Positions 30,546-32,000 of a stretch of 32,000 nucleotides of DNA are shown here, one piece after another; positions within the stretch are counted from its first letter, which is position 1, and each line of letters opens with the position of its first letter. Position numbers and translations under genes: made by a program. The DNA lies in assembly GCA_002794465.1 (NCBI GenBank), contig MTSL01000065.1, positions 140,450 to 172,449 on the forward strand, written 5' to 3'. The notes beneath the pieces were generated by a model. That model did no database searches and was not told the DNA's origin. It was given only the letters and a program-made list of their open reading frames with translations. Origin of the DNA: Paramicrosporidium saccamoebae KSL3 (Eukaryota > Fungi > Cryptomycota).

Positions 30546-30646
30546 CCCGCTGTAACACTGTACACTTTGCCTTTATTCGATATTGACGCGTCGGGCCCAC
30601 TCGCCTGTTTACCGGATTAAGAAGCTTGAGAGCGGTGATTGGTGGC

Positions 30647-32000
30647 ATGGTTGCTTCAGACCACTTTGCGACTAAGCGCTATGTGCGGAGTTTGGTGCAG
30701 GGCGGGGAGTTTGATGAATTGGATTTCCTGAGACAGACAAGTAGGATTGCTCCTAGTGAGCTCACAAGAGTGCTGCTGGCAGTGGCAGAGGAGTTGCAGC
30801 AAGAATTGACACTCTTGGTAAATGAGGAATTTGAAAGCTTTGTCAAGCTATTTAACGACATTGGCGATGTGGGACAGGAAGAGTTTCAGGATTTTGAAGA
30901 AAAAGTAGCCAATCTCTATCAGACTTCACAGGTACAGCATTCTGTGGGTTGACTGGTCAGGCTGTTAGGAATAATGCGAGAGGAGAATTGTCCATGTTGC
31001 AAGAGTCTATTCATAAATTGCAAGGAAATTCAACGCAGCAGAAGCGATTAAGGCTGTCAATATGGCTTTCGAAAGATTTGGAACGTCTAGAGACCCTGCT
31101 CAACTCTGCATCCATATTTCCGTATTTCCGTGGACTCACTGACAATTGTAGAGACCCCTTAGATCTTGAAATTGCTGCCGAATTGTTCCTAAAGATTAGC
31201 TGGACAGTGAACGGTGTATCAGGAAAGGTGGTCCTTGACGAGACATTGATACAACGACAGGCCATTGTCAGTGCAAAGTTTTACTGTGTTCTAGAGGATA
31301 CGTTGCTGGCTTGTCTAAGGAAGAATGACAAAGAGGGCTGGCTTGGATTGGCGGGGATCTATCTGAAAATTAAGAAATCGCAGACAGTTGTCGATACATT
31401 TGTCAATGAATACTTGAGGCCGAAATTGAGAAAGGTCTTACTCTCGGTTAATTTTTAAGGTTGCAGATTGCTGGCAAAGGGCGTTATGAAGAATTGAGGA
31501 GGAAGGACCCAGCCAATGCCGTAGAGTGCCTGCTCAAAGATATTTTTGGATTGGCCAAGGAGTGCAAGGAGAGCTGGTTTTCCTCACTACCTCCCAGACA
31601 GCACCTGTTTGTGGACTCTGTGTTGCAGCCAATCTTTTCGCAGATTGTCGCTGATCTCAGCGCCATCTTCTCGCCTGCACTCCCTGATATATTTTACATG
31701 GTAATAGAAGACTTTAGGCTGCATAATTTTAGAATTTTACACTGGGTAACAAGTTTGTTGAAGATTTGGTGTCAACTCTTGCTCCATGTGAGCTTACTGC
31801 AATGAATCAGTGCGAGCCCTTCCAAATGTACACTAGGTCTTGGCAGTTGAATGTTTACTATCAGCTAAGGCAAGCAAAGCGATTTTAGTAACTCTGCAGG
31901 TTCCGCGATGTAGCTCAAGCAACTGAGGATTCGCTGGTCCCCTTCAACGCCTCTGTCGACATGATGGACATGAAGGAAACGGTGCCATTTGTTCCTCACA
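30647..32000 (+). CDS. COG2: Conserved oligomeric Golgi complex subunit 2, 5' part (continues beyond right edge); several short introns
   Basis: N-terminal FDELDFL...L..ELTLLVNEEFESFVKLF (cf. COG2 FD...F...MVELINKDYADFVNLS), AIFSPALPDIFY, and YTRSWQLNVYYQLR (cf. WNLPVYFQIR). Confidence 0.82.

Noticed and set aside
30586-30591. ACGCGT (MCB cell-cycle box) in the CWH41/COG2 bidirectional promoter
   Set aside because: Single copy next to non-cell-cycle genes, and not seen upstream of RFA1 or UNG1; compatible with chance.
671-31666. Many 60-195 aa ORFs antisense to, or frame-shifted within, the identified genes (e.g. 10333-10851, 12125-12589, 14036-14623, 24546-25037)
   Set aside because: Shadow ORFs of well-supported coding regions with no independent motifs.

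Overview
This is not prokaryotic DNA. It is an extremely compact, intron-containing eukaryotic chromosome segment with about 23 housekeeping protein genes, one tRNA-Gly(TCC) gene and one intronic box C/D snoRNA. Intergenic gaps are often only 3-100 bp. Nearly all spliceosomal introns are 28-38 nt (GTA...YAG), so many ORFs in the supplied track are single exons of larger genes; I rebuilt the gene models by hand. Gene order: GOT1 (5' part, runs off the left edge), two tandem MscS-like channels, ARS2/Serrate, QCR7, eIF2B-alpha, a hyccin/FAM126-like gene, RPS23 (snoRNA host), RPN10, RFA1, a DUF4203/TMEM198-like gene, mitoribosomal bL27m, VDAC, a J-domain protein, PPE1, RPC31, a RUD3/GMAP-210-like golgin, tRNA-Gly, VPS52, UNG1, an importin-7/8, RRP3, CWH41 and COG2 (runs off the right edge). 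The compaction, tiny introns and retained respiratory, mitoribosomal and N-glycan-trimming genes fit an early-diverging microsporidia-related fungus (Rozellomycota, e.g. Paramicrosporidium-like). That placement is inference, not a search result. No mobile elements or CRISPR arrays were seen. Most notable observations: a probable hyccin/FAM126 homologue; several altered active-site motifs in glucosidase I; two genes (PPE1, VDAC) where retaining the first intron could switch the N-terminus instead of knocking the gene out; a structured ncRNA candidate between RPC31 and RUD3; and an MscS paralogue pair with one intact and one degenerate EF-hand. All family assignments come from recalled motifs; no database searches were run.
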